From: Felis catus
Lineage: Eukaryota
NCBI RefSeq assembly: GCF_018350175.1
Contig: NC_058368.1
Coordinates: 189,536,001 to 189,600,000, forward strand
Direction of reading: 5' to 3'
Length of the DNA stretch: 64,000 nt
Positions 38,693-51,620 of this stretch are shown piece after piece; within the stretch, counting starts at the first letter, position 1; the number at the start of each line of letters is the position of its first letter. Under the pieces are notes generated by a model. The model searched no databases, was not told the origin of the DNA, and worked only from the letters and a program-made list of their open reading frames with translations. Position numbers and translations under genes: made by a program.

Positions 38693-40104
38693 AGAGAAAG
38701 AAAGAGAGACTCAGCCAATCAGCCAATCATTCAATCACTGCTCAATGTCATGATATTTTGGAACAACTGTGTGATGGGTTATGCCCTTTTTAATCTGATG
38801 ATCTGGATTTGACTGAAACCTCTTGAACTAATCTGGCCCAAAAGCAACATTTCTAAGAGGCCTTCCAGAAATGCAAACCCAATCCAGGAGCCCTAGTAGG
38901 CTATCTCCTAGTGGTGACAAATAGGACTGATAGTTTGAGATGGCCAGAGTCATTCTCTTGAATAGTCATCCCTCCCATGGACCAGTGTGTCTCTTGGGAA
39001 AAAGAGGGTGACTTCAGCATCTTAGCACATTATCAACATGAAAAAAAAAAAAGAACTTATCAAAGCCAATCAAGAAATTATACACTGTTTAGGACAACTG
39101 CTCACAGTTATAACCAAGTGACAAAGCTACAAACAGTTCATAAAAGCCTTTCAGGGCATGTAGTAGGGTGGGGGAGACAGGATGGCTTCAACTGTATCCG
39201 TTTTTACAGATCCTTCTCCAGCCCCCTTCTGCTGCCTGAACAGGTCTTGGCTGTATACGTGCCTACCCTGCCTAATAAAATAAGAGCTCTGGCACTTTTC
39301 TTGGATGAGCCCATCTCATTCCCAGGAAGTTTTCAGTGAATGCCTGGATAAAAGAAAACTGGTGCCTTGAAAAGAGAAGTGAAGACCTCAGCTTCAATCC
39401 CACGAGATTTCCCTAATGGTTTTTTTAGCTCCCTGACCCAAAATCATTTCTATTATTTTCAATAATAATGATTATAAATTATTTTTGGAGTTCATGACTC
39501 AAGAGCACTTGAGACTGGTTTATATTAAATTGGCCAATAAAGCGTCTTGAGTTGATTCAAATTGTGAAAGGATGCAGAAATTTGGGAGAATGGCACATGG
39601 GAGAAGAGGGAGCTATTGGAAAAAAATCTCCAAGCACAAAGCACTTTATAAGTTTTCAAAGTACTTTTAAAGTCAATCTGATATGTAAGTAAAAGCTAAC
39701 AAAACTGCACATATATATCCCTCACCTAGATCACATTCACATTGGGCATGTAAAATCCAAGATGCAAGATTTTATGGGAGTTGGAAGCCATAATGTGTCT
39801 GCCTCTCAGGAAGCTGATGAGACAAGACTTTTGATGACCTAAGCCAGTGGCACCCTGGGGCATAGACAATTGCTTTGACGTATCCAAAGCCCTGTAAGGA
39901 AGTTTCAATTCCATTCCTTAAGGGGAAATGTCCGTGGACTCTGTGATAATAATCCTTGCATTAGAAGCCCATTTGTCCAATATCCTCAGTTTATCAGTGG
40001 AAGAATTAAGGTCCAAGGAGGGACATACTTGCTTAAGGTCACTGAGGTAAACACTAATTCTATCCTCCTCTTCTTCTCCTTCTTCCCAGAGGGCAATTTT
40101 TTTG

Positions 40105-40748
40105 AGTAACCACTTGCCATACAGCTATGTATTCAGAAAAGGGGTCCACTGCTACCCCCAAAAGGAATGAACCATGGCTGACCAAAGACAATCACAGCCA
40201 CATCACTGCCTTAGTAGCAGTGACTGGTTAGACACAGACATGTAACCAATCCTAGGCAATGGGATCTGGGGATAGTTTCCAGGGAAATTTCCAGTAAATA
40301 CTTTCCTCAAATAAAAACAAGGGAAAAAGCAAGTGCCTGGGTGGCTCAGTTGGTTAAACGTCCAACATTGGCTGCTGTCAGTGCAGAGTCCACTTAGGAA
40401 CCTCTGTTCCTCTCTCTGCCCCTCCCCTGCTCATGCACACATGTGCACACTCTCTCTCAAAAATAAATAAACATTTTTTAAAAAGAAGAAAAAGAAACAC
40501 ATAGGAAGAAACACTCTTCTTCTTCATGGGATACTATGTCTGCCTATGACACCTGAAACTTCTATATCCACCATACAACCATGACAAAAAAGGCCAAGCA
40601 GAAAGATGGCAAACTCTAAGTCCCCAGTGATATAATGAAGCTGTAAATCTGGGCTGCCTGTTATGCATGATAGTAAATAACCTTGTTTAAGTTACTTTTT
40701 TTGCCGTACTTTCAATTTCTTTCAACGTAAAACATCCTCACTGTTACA
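40105..40748 (+). mobile_element. Old MaLR LTR (MLT1I/J-like) interrupted by a Can-SINE
   Basis: gtgactggtt...catgtaaccaatc...aaataaccttgtttaag...aaacatcctcactgttaca. Confidence 0.55.
40331..40485 (+). mobile_element. Can-SINE with an internal deletion
   Basis: gtgcctgggtggctcagttggttaaacgtcc joins directly to gctgtcagtgcagag; the B-box region is missing. Confidence 0.85.
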
Positions 40749-40844
40749 ATCTCTCAGAAAGCTCATGGTAAAGCTAGGATTAGAACCAGACATCATCATT
40801 TCCAGGCCAATGAAAGCCTCCATGTAAGGCGTGGTGAAGTCTGT

Positions 40845-41165
40845 TAGCAGCTATATCCGTCTAGGTTATGTGGCAATAAGAAACAACCCCAAATCTCAGT
40901 GGTTTACTACAGCAAGGTTCTATTTCTTGCTTGTGTAACATGTCCATCAGTGTTGGCCAAAGCTCTGCTCCTGGGACCTAGGCCAATGAGTAAACTCTTT
41001 TCTGAAATATTGCTGATTTTGTGACAAAGAGAGAAACAAAGCATGCCAAACCATGAACTGGCTCTTAAAGCTTTTTCAGAAATTATGTGTATCACTTTCA
41101 GTCACATGCCATTAACCAGAGCAAGTCACATAGTCTAGCTTGATATCAATGAGGAAGGGAAAAAG
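40845..41165 (-). mobile_element. Old MaLR LTR fragment (MLT1K/L-like)
   Basis: aacaaccccaaatctcagtggttta...tcttaaagc...agcaagtcacatag. Confidence 0.55.
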
Positions 41166-41409
41166 AACAATTTCTTATGTAAATATTACATTTAGTCTGT
41201 ATTCAATTCTTCTAAGAAATAGCTGAGCACCCTAGGGTTAACTAAAATGGGTACTGAATTATTTTGATAACATCTCTAAACTTCAGGATATTTTAGCAAA
41301 CACAACTGCCATGCCTTTTTTATAATAAACTCCTCTTAAAATGTCTTTTGTTTTAGCATGATTATATGCCCATTAAAACTCTTTCCATAGTGTATTTTAT
41401 GTATACACT

Positions 41410-41642
41410 GTATTTGTGTGTAATAGTGTATTTAGTGAATATTGCCAAGGGAGCAGATCTTAAATGTTCTGACCACAATAAAGAAATGGTAATTTTGTGA
41501 TGGGAAGAATATATTAGTTAAAGCTATGGTCGTTATCATTTTGTAGTATATAAATGTATCAAATCACCTTATACCTTAAGCTTATACAATGTTACATGTC
41601 AATTATATCTCAATAAAGCTGGGAGAAAAAAAGAGAATAAAA
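41410..41642 (+). mobile_element. L1 3' end fragment (L1MA9/L1_Carn-like)
   Basis: gatcttaaatgttct...taaatgtatcaaatca...atgtcaattatatctcaataaagctggg. Confidence 0.8.
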
Positions 41643-41669
41643 AGGTCCAAATCAGTGAAAGATTAAAAA

Positions 41670-42200
41670 AAGATAAAATGTCTTGCTCTCCCAATTCTAC
41701 CCACCATAGATAAATCACTAATAATTTGGTGTATGTCCTCTAGTCCTTTTTCTATGTATGTTCACATCTGTATACATATGTAGATTTATACATATATTTG
41801 TGGCTTATTGCAAAGAAAAATACCATTTTACACAATTATACATAATGTCATGAACATTTTTGCTTGTCAATATATAGCTAATTACTTTTCTTTTTGATGA
41901 TTGCATAGTAGTACACTGTGTGTATGTACCATAATTTATATCATAATTTCTTTCAGGATGGACGTTTGGTTATTCTCACATTCATCATCACAAATAAGTC
42001 TGTACAGAAGTACTCATTAGGAGTATGCAGATATCTATATCACTCTTTTATATATTGATATAGATATCCGCATACGCCTATGAGTACTTCTGTAGAATAA
42101 ATTCCAAGAAGTAGAATTGCTGGAAAAACATAAACATTCAAAAACTTGACAGGTATTGTAAAATGGTCCTCCAAAAAAAGATTATATCAATTATACCTTT
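41670..42200 (-). mobile_element. Ancient L1ME-like fragment
   Basis: atgtaccataatttat...gatggac...tctgtagaataaattccaagaagtagaattgctgg. Confidence 0.65.
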
Positions 42201-42255
42201 AAACTGGTGGGCCTACTAAATCCAGCCAACAGTGTTTTAGACAGTGATCCTTACA

Positions 42256-42256
<1 letters not shown>

Positions 42257-42289
<33 letters not shown>
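42257..42289. repeat. (AC)~16 microsatellite
   Basis: Direct read. Confidence 0.95.
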
Positions 42290-42291
<2 letters not shown>

Positions 42292-43504
42292 GCTGCGTTC
42301 ATTATATGTAGTCAGTATAAAAAGATTCTGGACATATTTATAATGGACCCCTCTCCTCAAGGAGCTTAAATCTAGTGAGGGAGAAAACAGAGACATATGA
42401 AAATCCTAAAAATACATAAATGCTTAGTATAAGAAACTGAATCAGGCACAGTCTGAGACAGCTGCAAGGAAGCAGATGTGATAAGAGAATGTTCAGTGAA
42501 GTGAAGGGTGTCAGTGTAGGGACAGAAGAGCTTTTCAGAAAAGAAGCAATGTCATCCATTACAATTGATAGAAGGGGGAGCTGAACCTTGGAAGACTGTT
42601 GCAGATGGGGCTGATGACAGCACTGGGAGAGGAAAGAATAGCTTGTATGGGTAAATGAGCTCACAGGGTCGGTGTGCTGGGCAAATCACATTAGGGTCAG
42701 AGTCTCTTTTTCAGGCCAAGATTTTACATAAATAGATCTGTCCTGGGTAATTGTCTGTAGACTCTCTTAGCAACAGGGAACTGGTCTGAATGGCCAGTCT
42801 AAATAAGTGAGACTAGAAGAGTTCTACCTTCTTGCTTAGAGTCCCTAAGCTATAAACAATCACTATATCTCAGCCTTTTGATCCCCTGGAGAAAAAAATA
42901 AATCCATCAACAGGATAGAGCCAAATCCCCAAAGGATCTGGATTCATAGTCCCCTCCTGAATACTTTAACCTTTAGCTTGCACAACAAATAGACTACTGG
43001 GGGTATCATTAGGTCCTCTGTGAGCTTGGTTTCATGGGAGAGACCAGAACCAAGTTCAGGCTTAGGGGTCAGGATACAAATGCACGAAGCAAATGCTGCC
43101 ACATCCTCCCTTCAAGCCCAAGACATCTCTGATTGCAACACTCTTTTCCATTAGATCTAGAAAGCCCTCAGAATCCTTCTCAACACAGCCTTCCAAGCAA
43201 CTATTACCAATCAAATGGAATGGGCATGGGCATTAAAGCCCATTTGTCATCCCTGATTTATAGCAACAGATTAGTCCTTTCTTCACCAGTGTTTTCTCCC
43301 ACCTATTACTTCACCAAGCATAAGCCTTTCTCAGAAGAAACCATAGCCATTAGGACCTCATACAGACCTAAACAGCCCACACCAGGAAGGGGGGAAGCCA
43401 CCTTTACCCATTATAGCATCCACTCCTCCAAGCCCCCACATCCAAGAGGAGTTCCTTCAAAGATATTAGCTTTTCATCTGTTTTTACCTCTGCCTAGAGG
43501 TGGT

Positions 43505-44135
43505 CACTTCCACTCATTATATCAACAAATATTTACTTGAGCACCTACTATGTTCCAGGTCATGTTCTACAGACTGAGGCTACAGCAATGAACAACATAC
43601 ACAAAACCCCCATGCTCATGGAGCTTACTTTGAGGGAAAAGACACAGATGAGAAGCAAGTGGGCTGATACAAATGCTAAGGGGACCCCAAAAATGCAGGA
43701 AAGGGGAACAGGCAGCATTGGATGTAGGGGGATGGAGAGAAATTTTAAAAAGAAAAATCTGAGCCTGGGTGGCTCAGTTAGTTGAGTGTCCAACTTCAGC
43801 TCAGGTCATGATCTCATAGTTTGTGAGTTCAAGCCCCACATCAGTCTCACTGCTGTCAGCACAGAGCCCACTTCGGATCCTCTCCCCCTCCCCAGCTCAT
43901 ACTCTCTCTCTCTCAAAAATAAATAAAACATTAAAAAAAAAGAAAACTTTACTTGGGAGATGATATGTAACTAAAGACCTGAAGAAGGTGAAGAAGCATG
44001 CCATTCAGATATCTGCGGAAGAGCCTCCAGAGAGAGGTTCTAAGGCAGGAGCAGGTCAGGAACAGTGAAGAGGTCGATCCTAGTGGACAAATTGGGGAGT
44101 ATAGAAGATGAGGCAGAGGATGAAGAAAGGGGGTA
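43505..44135 (-). mobile_element. L2 3' region interrupted by a Can-SINE
   Basis: tcaacaaatatttacttgagcacctactatgttccagg...ctcatggagcttac...aaagacctgaagaaggtga. Confidence 0.8.
43761..43942 (+). mobile_element. Can-SINE
   Basis: gcctgggtggctcagttagttgagtgtccaacttcagctcaggtcatgatctc...aaaataaataaaacatt(A)n. Confidence 0.95.
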
Positions 44136-44689
44136 GATTTAGGGGATCAGGGTTACAGATCATAAAGTGGGGATCAAAAGAAAATCTCTGACATAGATGG
44201 TTTCTGCCTTCACCAAGTTTCTATTTATAATGGAAGATAAAGAGTAAATACAATATTATAAATAATTCACTCTAAATGTAACAAATGTAGCACATTTGTA
44301 AAGGGGGGTGGGTGGGTTCAAGGTGCCATGGGAGATATAACAGGACAACTGATGGCATTTGGTGATCATGGATGGCTTCCTGAAAGATGGACATCTAAGC
44401 TGAGTCCTGAAGGGTAAGGAGTTTTCCCAGAAAAAAACAAAACAAAACAAAACAAAAACAAAAAAAAACAAAAAACAAAACAAAGGAAGAAGAATGTGCC
44501 AAGCAGAGGGAACAGGGTGTGTTCAAGGAGGTTGGAGGTAGAAGGGCTATGTCCTCAGAGCACAGACAGCAAAGGGCAGATGGGTATGCTATCAGTCTGA
44601 AGAAGCCCACAGGAATCAGAACCCTCAGGGCCTTGCAATGTTTAAGGGTCTTTAACTTTTAAGCAAAAGAGGAAGTTTTTGAAACGTTT

Positions 44690-44902
44690 AAAAAAAATTT
44701 TAACATTCATTGATTTTTGAGAGACAGAGAGAGACAGAGCATGAGCAGGGGAGGGACAGAGAGGGAGACACAGAATCTGAAGCAGGCTCCAGGCTCTGAG
44801 CTGTCAGCACAGAGCCTCACATAGGGCTCAAACTCACAAATGGCAAGATCATGACCTAGGCTGAAGTCGTATGCTTAACCAACTGAGCCACCCAGGCACC
44901 CC
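44690..44902 (-). mobile_element. Can-SINE within L2
   Basis: Antisense head ...gccacccaggcacccc; direct repeat gtttttgaaa(c/g)gttt on both sides. Confidence 0.95.
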
Positions 44903-46658
44903 AGTTTTTGAAAGGTTTTAAGTTTAAAAATTATCAGTCTTACCTTTTTTGTGAAAAGATCTCTCTGATTACCATATCACCGTCCATACCAACCTCTTAG
45001 ATCCTTGAGATGACACAATAAAGCAAAATTGTTTTTAAAAATTGCCCTTGCTTCTTTTCTAATTAATTAGCACCTTGAAAGCCCACTTTTCCTTTCTGAA
45101 CTCCCTTCCTGACCAGTGGAGGTGACCAGAGATCAAAGGAGCCGCTGCTCTCCCATTCATTCTTGTAAAACAAAGCCTTGGCCACTCCTTACCTGTCCTG
45201 AGACAGGTAAGTCCCCACAGACATTTTCTAAAGCAAGACAGGACACGCATGTATGAAAATACTTCTCTGAGAATAAGGAGAAGAAAAATCTGGTTTACTC
45301 TATTTGCTCCAGGCTTTTTCCGGACAGAAACTCAACAGATCAAAACCATTCCAAACTGGGATGAAACCATATGGTTTCCAGAATCACACATTGTTTTACA
45401 AAGTTCAGTGGTTGAGACTGCCTTTCTCTATTGGTGGAAATAAAGCAGACTTTTTCCATTTGCTATTCAGGGTCAATACCTGCAGGTTAATTAATTCATT
45501 TGTTCCCATGTAGACAACATGTAAGGTGCCACAGGTGATCTGGAATGTACAAAGCATCAAAGACAAGATTCCTTCCTTCTGCCTGCAATCATCTTGAGTT
45601 CTGTTTTTCTCAAAAAGCCGTGAATTTGTAAATCTTCATGCAGCGGGAACATGTTGTTTTCTTGTGTTCTTTGTATTCTACGGTCTTGGTATATTCCATA
45701 CTCTAAATTAGGCCTCAAAAATATTTCTGATTAAAAATTTATACAGCTCATGACAGCCTCTTTCTAGAACATAACCCCTAACTAATTCATGATCACTTAC
45801 CCTGCAGTTTTCTATTTATAATATTTTACAATTTCTGTGTATTTGTATTATAAATTATTAAATGACATAAAGGTTTTTATTTTGATGAGGGAATTTTTGA
45901 TGAATTTGACAGTGTAATTACTTCAGATACTGCTCTGGATTGCTGGGAAAATATTTAATTTTATTTACCACGATGAATAATTAAAGCATGCGAGTGGTGG
46001 GCTCTCTTGCTGTGCCTTCTAGCTCCTTACTTCCCTTTGCTCCTCACTAATTAAAATAGTGATGCTTATATGTGTAGTGCCTTAAAAGACATAAATTACA
46101 ACTTTGGGGCAGTGGGGAAGAAGTGGGTATGGGATAAGACTTGAGAAACATAAAGTAAAGAGGAAGGAGGGAGATGATGAAAACTTGGCTGTGTTTAATT
46201 TCATATTTTTCTAGTAAAAGTAGGGAGAGGGAAGTGCAATCTCCTTGTTTATTTGGTGAACTACCCTCCCAGTTCTAGAAATGTCTTATGTGCAAGCTTC
46301 CTTGATTAAAACAGCAGAAATGGTAATGGAAACAAAAGCAACAAAGAACACCACAACTTGCATTTATAAAGCCCAGAAGATTCCTGATTATAATACGGGA
46401 TATCATACTGGGTTCATTGATTACATCTTTATATGATTTCCATTTGGTTATCACAAAACCCCGTTATGGTACACACAAGGCCAATCTTAATAGTCCTACC
46501 TGGGGATGAGAAATTTGAAGTTCAGTTTGATGAACAGCCTAGTCCTACATCACTCACAAGTACAAGGTCCCAGGTTTCCTGACTCTTAATCCACTGGGAT
46601 TAAGAAATCAAGGAATAAACTTTTTCTTACCACCTGATCTTAAGTTATCCAAAATACT

Positions 46659-47032
46659 TGTTAAAAATAAGACAACATTCCCAAAATAGAGTCATTATGC
46701 TAAGCCCCATGTCACCAAACCAAGACTTCATTACAATTTTGGCTCTCCCAGAGATGGAATCTTAAGCCAGTCAATCAGGAATCACCTGATCAGCATTAGT
46801 TAGGTAATCTGCCCAATTGATCCCTGCCATCCGGTAGAGGAAAGTTACCTTGCAATAACCAATCTGCTTTTTTGCATCCTTGTTCCTGCTCTCTTCTGCC
46901 TATAAAAGTCTTTCATTTTGTACAGCTCTTCAGAGCCCCTGTCTTCTAGAGTGGATGCTGCCTGATTCATGAATTGTTTAATAAAGCTAATAATATCTTT
47001 AAATTTTACCAGTTAGATTTTGTTTTGTAACA
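46659..47032 (+). mobile_element. Carnivore ERV1-type solo LTR (CarLTR1-like)
   Basis: TGTTA...TAACA inverted termini; CCAAT near 46859, TATAAAA 46901-46907, AATAAA 46980-46985. Confidence 0.75.
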
Positions 47033-47946
47033 TAACAAACATGTTACTAGGCATTCAGTATGTTTTACCAAAAGACAATTTACATATATATATACACATG
47101 TGTATACCCATACACACATGTGTGGGTATGAATTTCAAATGCCAAAACACTTGAGACATCAGTGGAAATAATACTAAACTGTTGATCAGTACCAATCACT
47201 CCTCTACTCTAGATCTCAGTCTCCTCATCCAAAAATGGAGACAATATTGGTATCCATCTCTTAGAGTTATAAATGCTTAATAGGTAGTGCAGAGAAAGAA
47301 CTCAGTAAATACTAGCTGTTCCTAGTTTTCAATGGCATATAGAGTTAAATATGGTACCAGGAGCACCAACCACATCTTAGCCTTCTTTGTATCACAACCT
47401 CTAATACCTTGTGGGTTATTCAGCAAATGACGTGGATGGATGGCTGAGGGGTTTTTGGCTATTCCATGACCAGACTGAAGGCTCCCAATTACATCATAAG
47501 GTCCTTGAGGGCAGGACATTACCTTGTTCTTTTCCTCCATTCAGTATATTGCTTGAACACAGATGATGCTTTAAAAAAAAAAAAAAATGTCTGCTGAGTT
47601 TTACTGGAATAGAATACTCAGTATCATCCACACACAGCCGAGAAGGGTTTGGCAGCAGCTTTTCCCAGGAGTGTTGCCTGAGGCAGGGGCTGTAAAAATC
47701 CTGGAAGTGCTGAGGCCACCTTAGTAAAGAACAGGGCATTGTTTGGGGCCAGAACCCCTAGTGAGTGAGGTCTTTTCTAATCAAAGGCCCAGTCACTGGC
47801 GTGTGTTCCACAAGCCCCTGGGGCCCAGCTCTCATTGTGTGGCAGGGCCACTGGAGGTGGGGACGCCCACCTCCCAGACTGTATCGATTAGCTGCTCCAT
47901 CTGCCACTCTGCAAACAAGCTGTACGGTCCCCCATTGGATGAAAAT

Positions 47947-47961
47947 GTCACCCATGGTAAC
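47947..47961. promoter_or_regulatory. RFX X-box motif
   Basis: GTCACC-CAT-GGTAAC matches GTNRCC(N0-3)RGYAAC exactly. Confidence 0.35.
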
Positions 47962-48469
47962 AGATCCTCACAGCTGGCGTCTGACCACAGGACCCTCAGG
48001 GAGGGAATAATCAGATCCTGAAAAGCAGTCAGCCCACACCAAGCTAAATGCAAAATGAAAAATAAATAAATGTCTATTGTAATCTCTTCCCTCCCTTCTC
48101 AGCTCCAAGCACCAGATATTATTCTCAAGTTGCACTGCCACAGCAGGGGACTGTTGGCCCTCAAGGTAGGTTGCTTGAGGGTCCTATGTATAGTCTGTGG
48201 GAATTATAACTCACAGACCTCCCCTGGCTGGTTCTGGAGCTATAGAGAATGCACTGAAATCCTGCTCCAACCACTCCAGATTTCAGTTCTTTCCTAGGAG
48301 ATCTGTCTCTCTTCAATCTCTCTCCCCACCCCCATCCCTATATCTATCCCTGCCCTCTTCCCTCCCTCCTCCTTCCCACCCTTCCTCTCCTCTCTTTGCT
48401 TTATTTTTCTCCCCTACACCCAATACTCCCTCTTCTTCCTGTCCCCTCTCTCCTAATTTTGTTCTTTTT

Positions 48470-48755
48470 GCACAGGACACTCTTCCTCGTAGTCTTTCCT
48501 GGATTACTTCTACTCCTTTTTCAGACCTCAGTTTAAACATTTTTCTTCTGGGCATTCTGACAATAACACTCTCCCAAACAAAGTGAATATCCCCTAATAC
48601 TATGCCCCTCCCACTCTGTGCTTCCCCTCTTACTCTTCAGCTGTCTCTCTGACTAGGAGTGGTAACCTTGTCTGTCAGTTGACTATTATGTTCCCAGCAC
48701 CTAGTGCCTGGCACATAGAGGATGCTTAATAACTATTACTTGACTAAACAAACAA
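48470..48755 (+). mobile_element. L2 3' end preceded by a CT-rich tract (48305-48470)
   Basis: tcagacctcagtttaaacat...cccagcacctagtgcctggcacatag. Confidence 0.75.
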
Positions 48756-48904
48756 TGCCAGGTACAAAGCAATTCTTATAGGGCTTCTGGATTTTTTGAG
48801 ACTCTGAAGATATCAGTGCCATGAGATTCTCTTTGTCAGTTTCCAGTTACTGAACTAGCCTAAGTTGAAAATCAAGAAATTTGTCAGAAGGCTCACAAAG
48901 GTAA

Positions 48905-49292
48905 AGGAACCATTGCCATTTTGGACTAGAGTATTCTTTATAGTGGGGGGCTCTCCTGTGCATTGTAGTTCTACCCACTGGATGCCAATAGCACCTTCTG
49001 CCCCCAGTTGTGACGATCAGAAATGCCTCATGCCGTAAGGTGAGGATTCCAGAATAACAGGAAAAAGGTTCAGCTGCTCATAGCCAGAAATAATGACAAA
49101 AGTCTACTACATTTTTCCTGTTAGACCAGTGGTCCCCTGGGAATGATTATGCCTGCCTCTACTAGGGTGTATTTACAACGTCTGGAGATATTCTGGTTGT
49201 CACAATTAGGGGCAGGGGATCCAAAGCCCCCCCCCCACAACAAAGAATGCTCTAGTCAAAAATGTCAATAGTGCAACTATTAAGAAACCCTG
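48905..49292 (+). mobile_element. Two MER20-like fragments (about 48905-49030 and 49125-49292)
   Basis: ctacccactggatgccaatagcacc...cccagttgtgac; tctggagatattctggttgtcacaa...aatgtcaatagtgc...agaaaccctg. Confidence 0.65.
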
Positions 49293-49499
49293 ATCTACAT
49301 GGATACGATAAAGTTTCCACTAGATATTTTAACTTTTCACTTTAAAGCCTGAACTATCTACTTCTTAGTCTTAAATTCCAAAGATACACCAGGCTCCTTG
49401 CTTTTTTTTTTTTATGCCAGCAGATACTCTTTCATCCTGTGGATAGTTCCTGGCATGAACATAGCAGGCTGTCAAGAGACCCAATGAGGCATCTCTGGT

Positions 49500-49735
49500 A
49501 GACAGCATTATGTAGTGTGGTTAACAGTATTGTTACCAGCATTATTAACAGTATTCTTTTCTGGTTTCAAATCCAAAGTCTGCCACTTTCTAGTCATGTC
49601 CTTGGACAAGTTACTTATTTTTTCTGAATCTTAGTTTCCTAATCTATAATATGGAATGATAATATACCCACAGATGATAATCCAAGGAAAGCACATGGCA
49701 CATTACTTAGCACAGAAAGAATATTAGCTACTATT
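49500..49735 (+). mobile_element. MIR
   Basis: ggtttcaaatcc...tctgccactt...ccttggacaagttactta...agtttcctaatctataa. Confidence 0.75.
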
Positions 49736-50274
49736 TTATTCATGTGAAAATAAACAATCGAGGTTTTGTAACAGAGTTTTCACTGACTCATAGTTACTTT
49801 CCTTTTTTGACAAGTGCACTGGCTATTACTATTTGAACTATGACTAATCCATAGCTGTAACGAATGCTTCTGTATAGATGAGTGTTGCCCCTGGGCACAG
49901 AGATGTAGAGGTATGAGAGGGCAGGGTGTATTCTGGCCCAGGTGAGGTTCCTAGCACAGGAGGAGCTTAAAGTGCATGGATGTGGGGGAATGGAGGTCAG
50001 CAGAGCTTAGCCATACACTGAGGACAGATCACAAAAGGCCCAGCCAAGGGGTTAAAAATTGATTTCTTGGGGATCAGAGGCAAACAGGGACTTTAATTAA
50101 GCAGGTGAGTGGCAATCAGGTCTGTCTTTTAGGAAGCTGCAATGGCAGCATATTGGCAGTTGTTCACTTCCCTCATTGTAAACCCTGTTTTACTCTCCTA
50201 ATGGTGGCTCTTCATGTTCAGTTGGAACAACTTTGAAGTGGCCGAGATGGGAAAATGCCCACCTCAATTACCAC

Positions 50275-50616
50275 CCCTAGTACTATAAATAAATGCCACC
50301 TTTCTGAAGGCAGTTTGGCAATGGGTCTTAGGTGTCTTAAAATAGGCACACCCTCTTACCCTAAAAATTCCACTTCTAGGAATCTATCCAGAGGAAATCA
50401 TAGAAAACGTGCACAAATATCTACCTATAAGAAAACTCATTTTCAGCACTGTTTTTAGGAGTAAGAAGATGAATACCCTAAAAGTTCAAAAATAATTAAT
50501 TGGTTAACTAAATTAAGGTACAATGACTTGCTATAGAGTCATGAAAGCTACATTACTGACATGTGGGAAAGTAGGTTACAAAAGACTGCACAGTGTATGA
50601 TGCCTTTTCAAAGTAC

Positions 50617-50662
<46 letters not shown>

Positions 50663-50945
50663 CTTTTCATGTTACAGATATCCTTTTGTCCCAGCAAATT
50701 CTTTCTGGCAATTTATCCTTAGGAATGAATGAAGGTAGTAATAGCGACATATGTAAAAGTATGTATACATACACATAAACCTACATATATGCACACAAAA
50801 TAGTCCGGAAGGGTAAAGATACCAAGGTATATAGTGCTTGCTATGGATGAGGGGGTTATGGGAGACTATTTTATTTTCTTCTTTTTGCTTTGTCAAATTT
50901 TCAAGTCTTTCTAACAGCATTTATTATATTTATAATGGACTTTTT
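50275..50945 (+). mobile_element. Ancient L1ME-like fragments with (AC)~20 at 50619-50658
   Basis: cctttctgaaggcagtttggcaat...aattccacttctaggaatctatcc. Confidence 0.65.
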
Positions 50946-51129
50946 TTACATTAAGAATAATAATAAAGGCAAAGAAAGGTCATCCCCTATAATTATGCCC
51001 AGAAAAATTTTATAGAATATCTGATCATCCTGTAATTTTTGAATGACTAGAGGGAGACGGGCTGAGCTATACTTTGAAAATTGTTGTTGATTCTCCTTAG
51101 ATTTCAGTATAAATTAAATTTGTTGTCTA

Positions 51130-51620
51130 CTGAGTTTAGTGTGGACTGAGCTGCCAATATCTGCTTAGCTACATCCTGAGTGATGTGCCACTACAATGAA
51201 AATGGAACCTATATGATTCCTTTCCTCAAATTACTCATAGTCGATCCAGGATAAATGATATATGTGAAAGAGATACTAGGACTAATTCAAGGCCACTCAT
51301 GGTAAAGTGCTAAATCATAAGGGAGAGCTGCTGAGTTATACAGAGGTTCAGAGAAGGAGAAGATAATTATGTATTGGAGGGGTCGGGAAAATCTTCACAC
51401 ACAAAGAAGATGGGATGTCAGAAAAGAGAAGAGCGGCAGCATCAAAAGCATAAAGGCAGGAATGATCAGGGTGGGTTTCAGAGACAGCAAGAGGCCAGCT
51501 TGGCATAAGCACCGAGTTCTAACTGAGGGCCGAAGGTAGTGAGGACCAATTAAGGAGGAGCCTCCGTGCTGGGGTCAGAATTTTGGACAATAATGTATGT
51601 GTAATAAGGTTCTGGGTTAA
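51130..51620 (-). mobile_element. L2 fragment
   Basis: gaggttcagagaaggagaagat...aggccagcttggc. Confidence 0.45.

Noticed and set aside
39721..39900. Possible minus-strand coding exon (cttacAG ... TAG|GTGAGG)
   Set aside because: The frames I checked contain stops, the acceptor is modest and there is no recognisable peptide.
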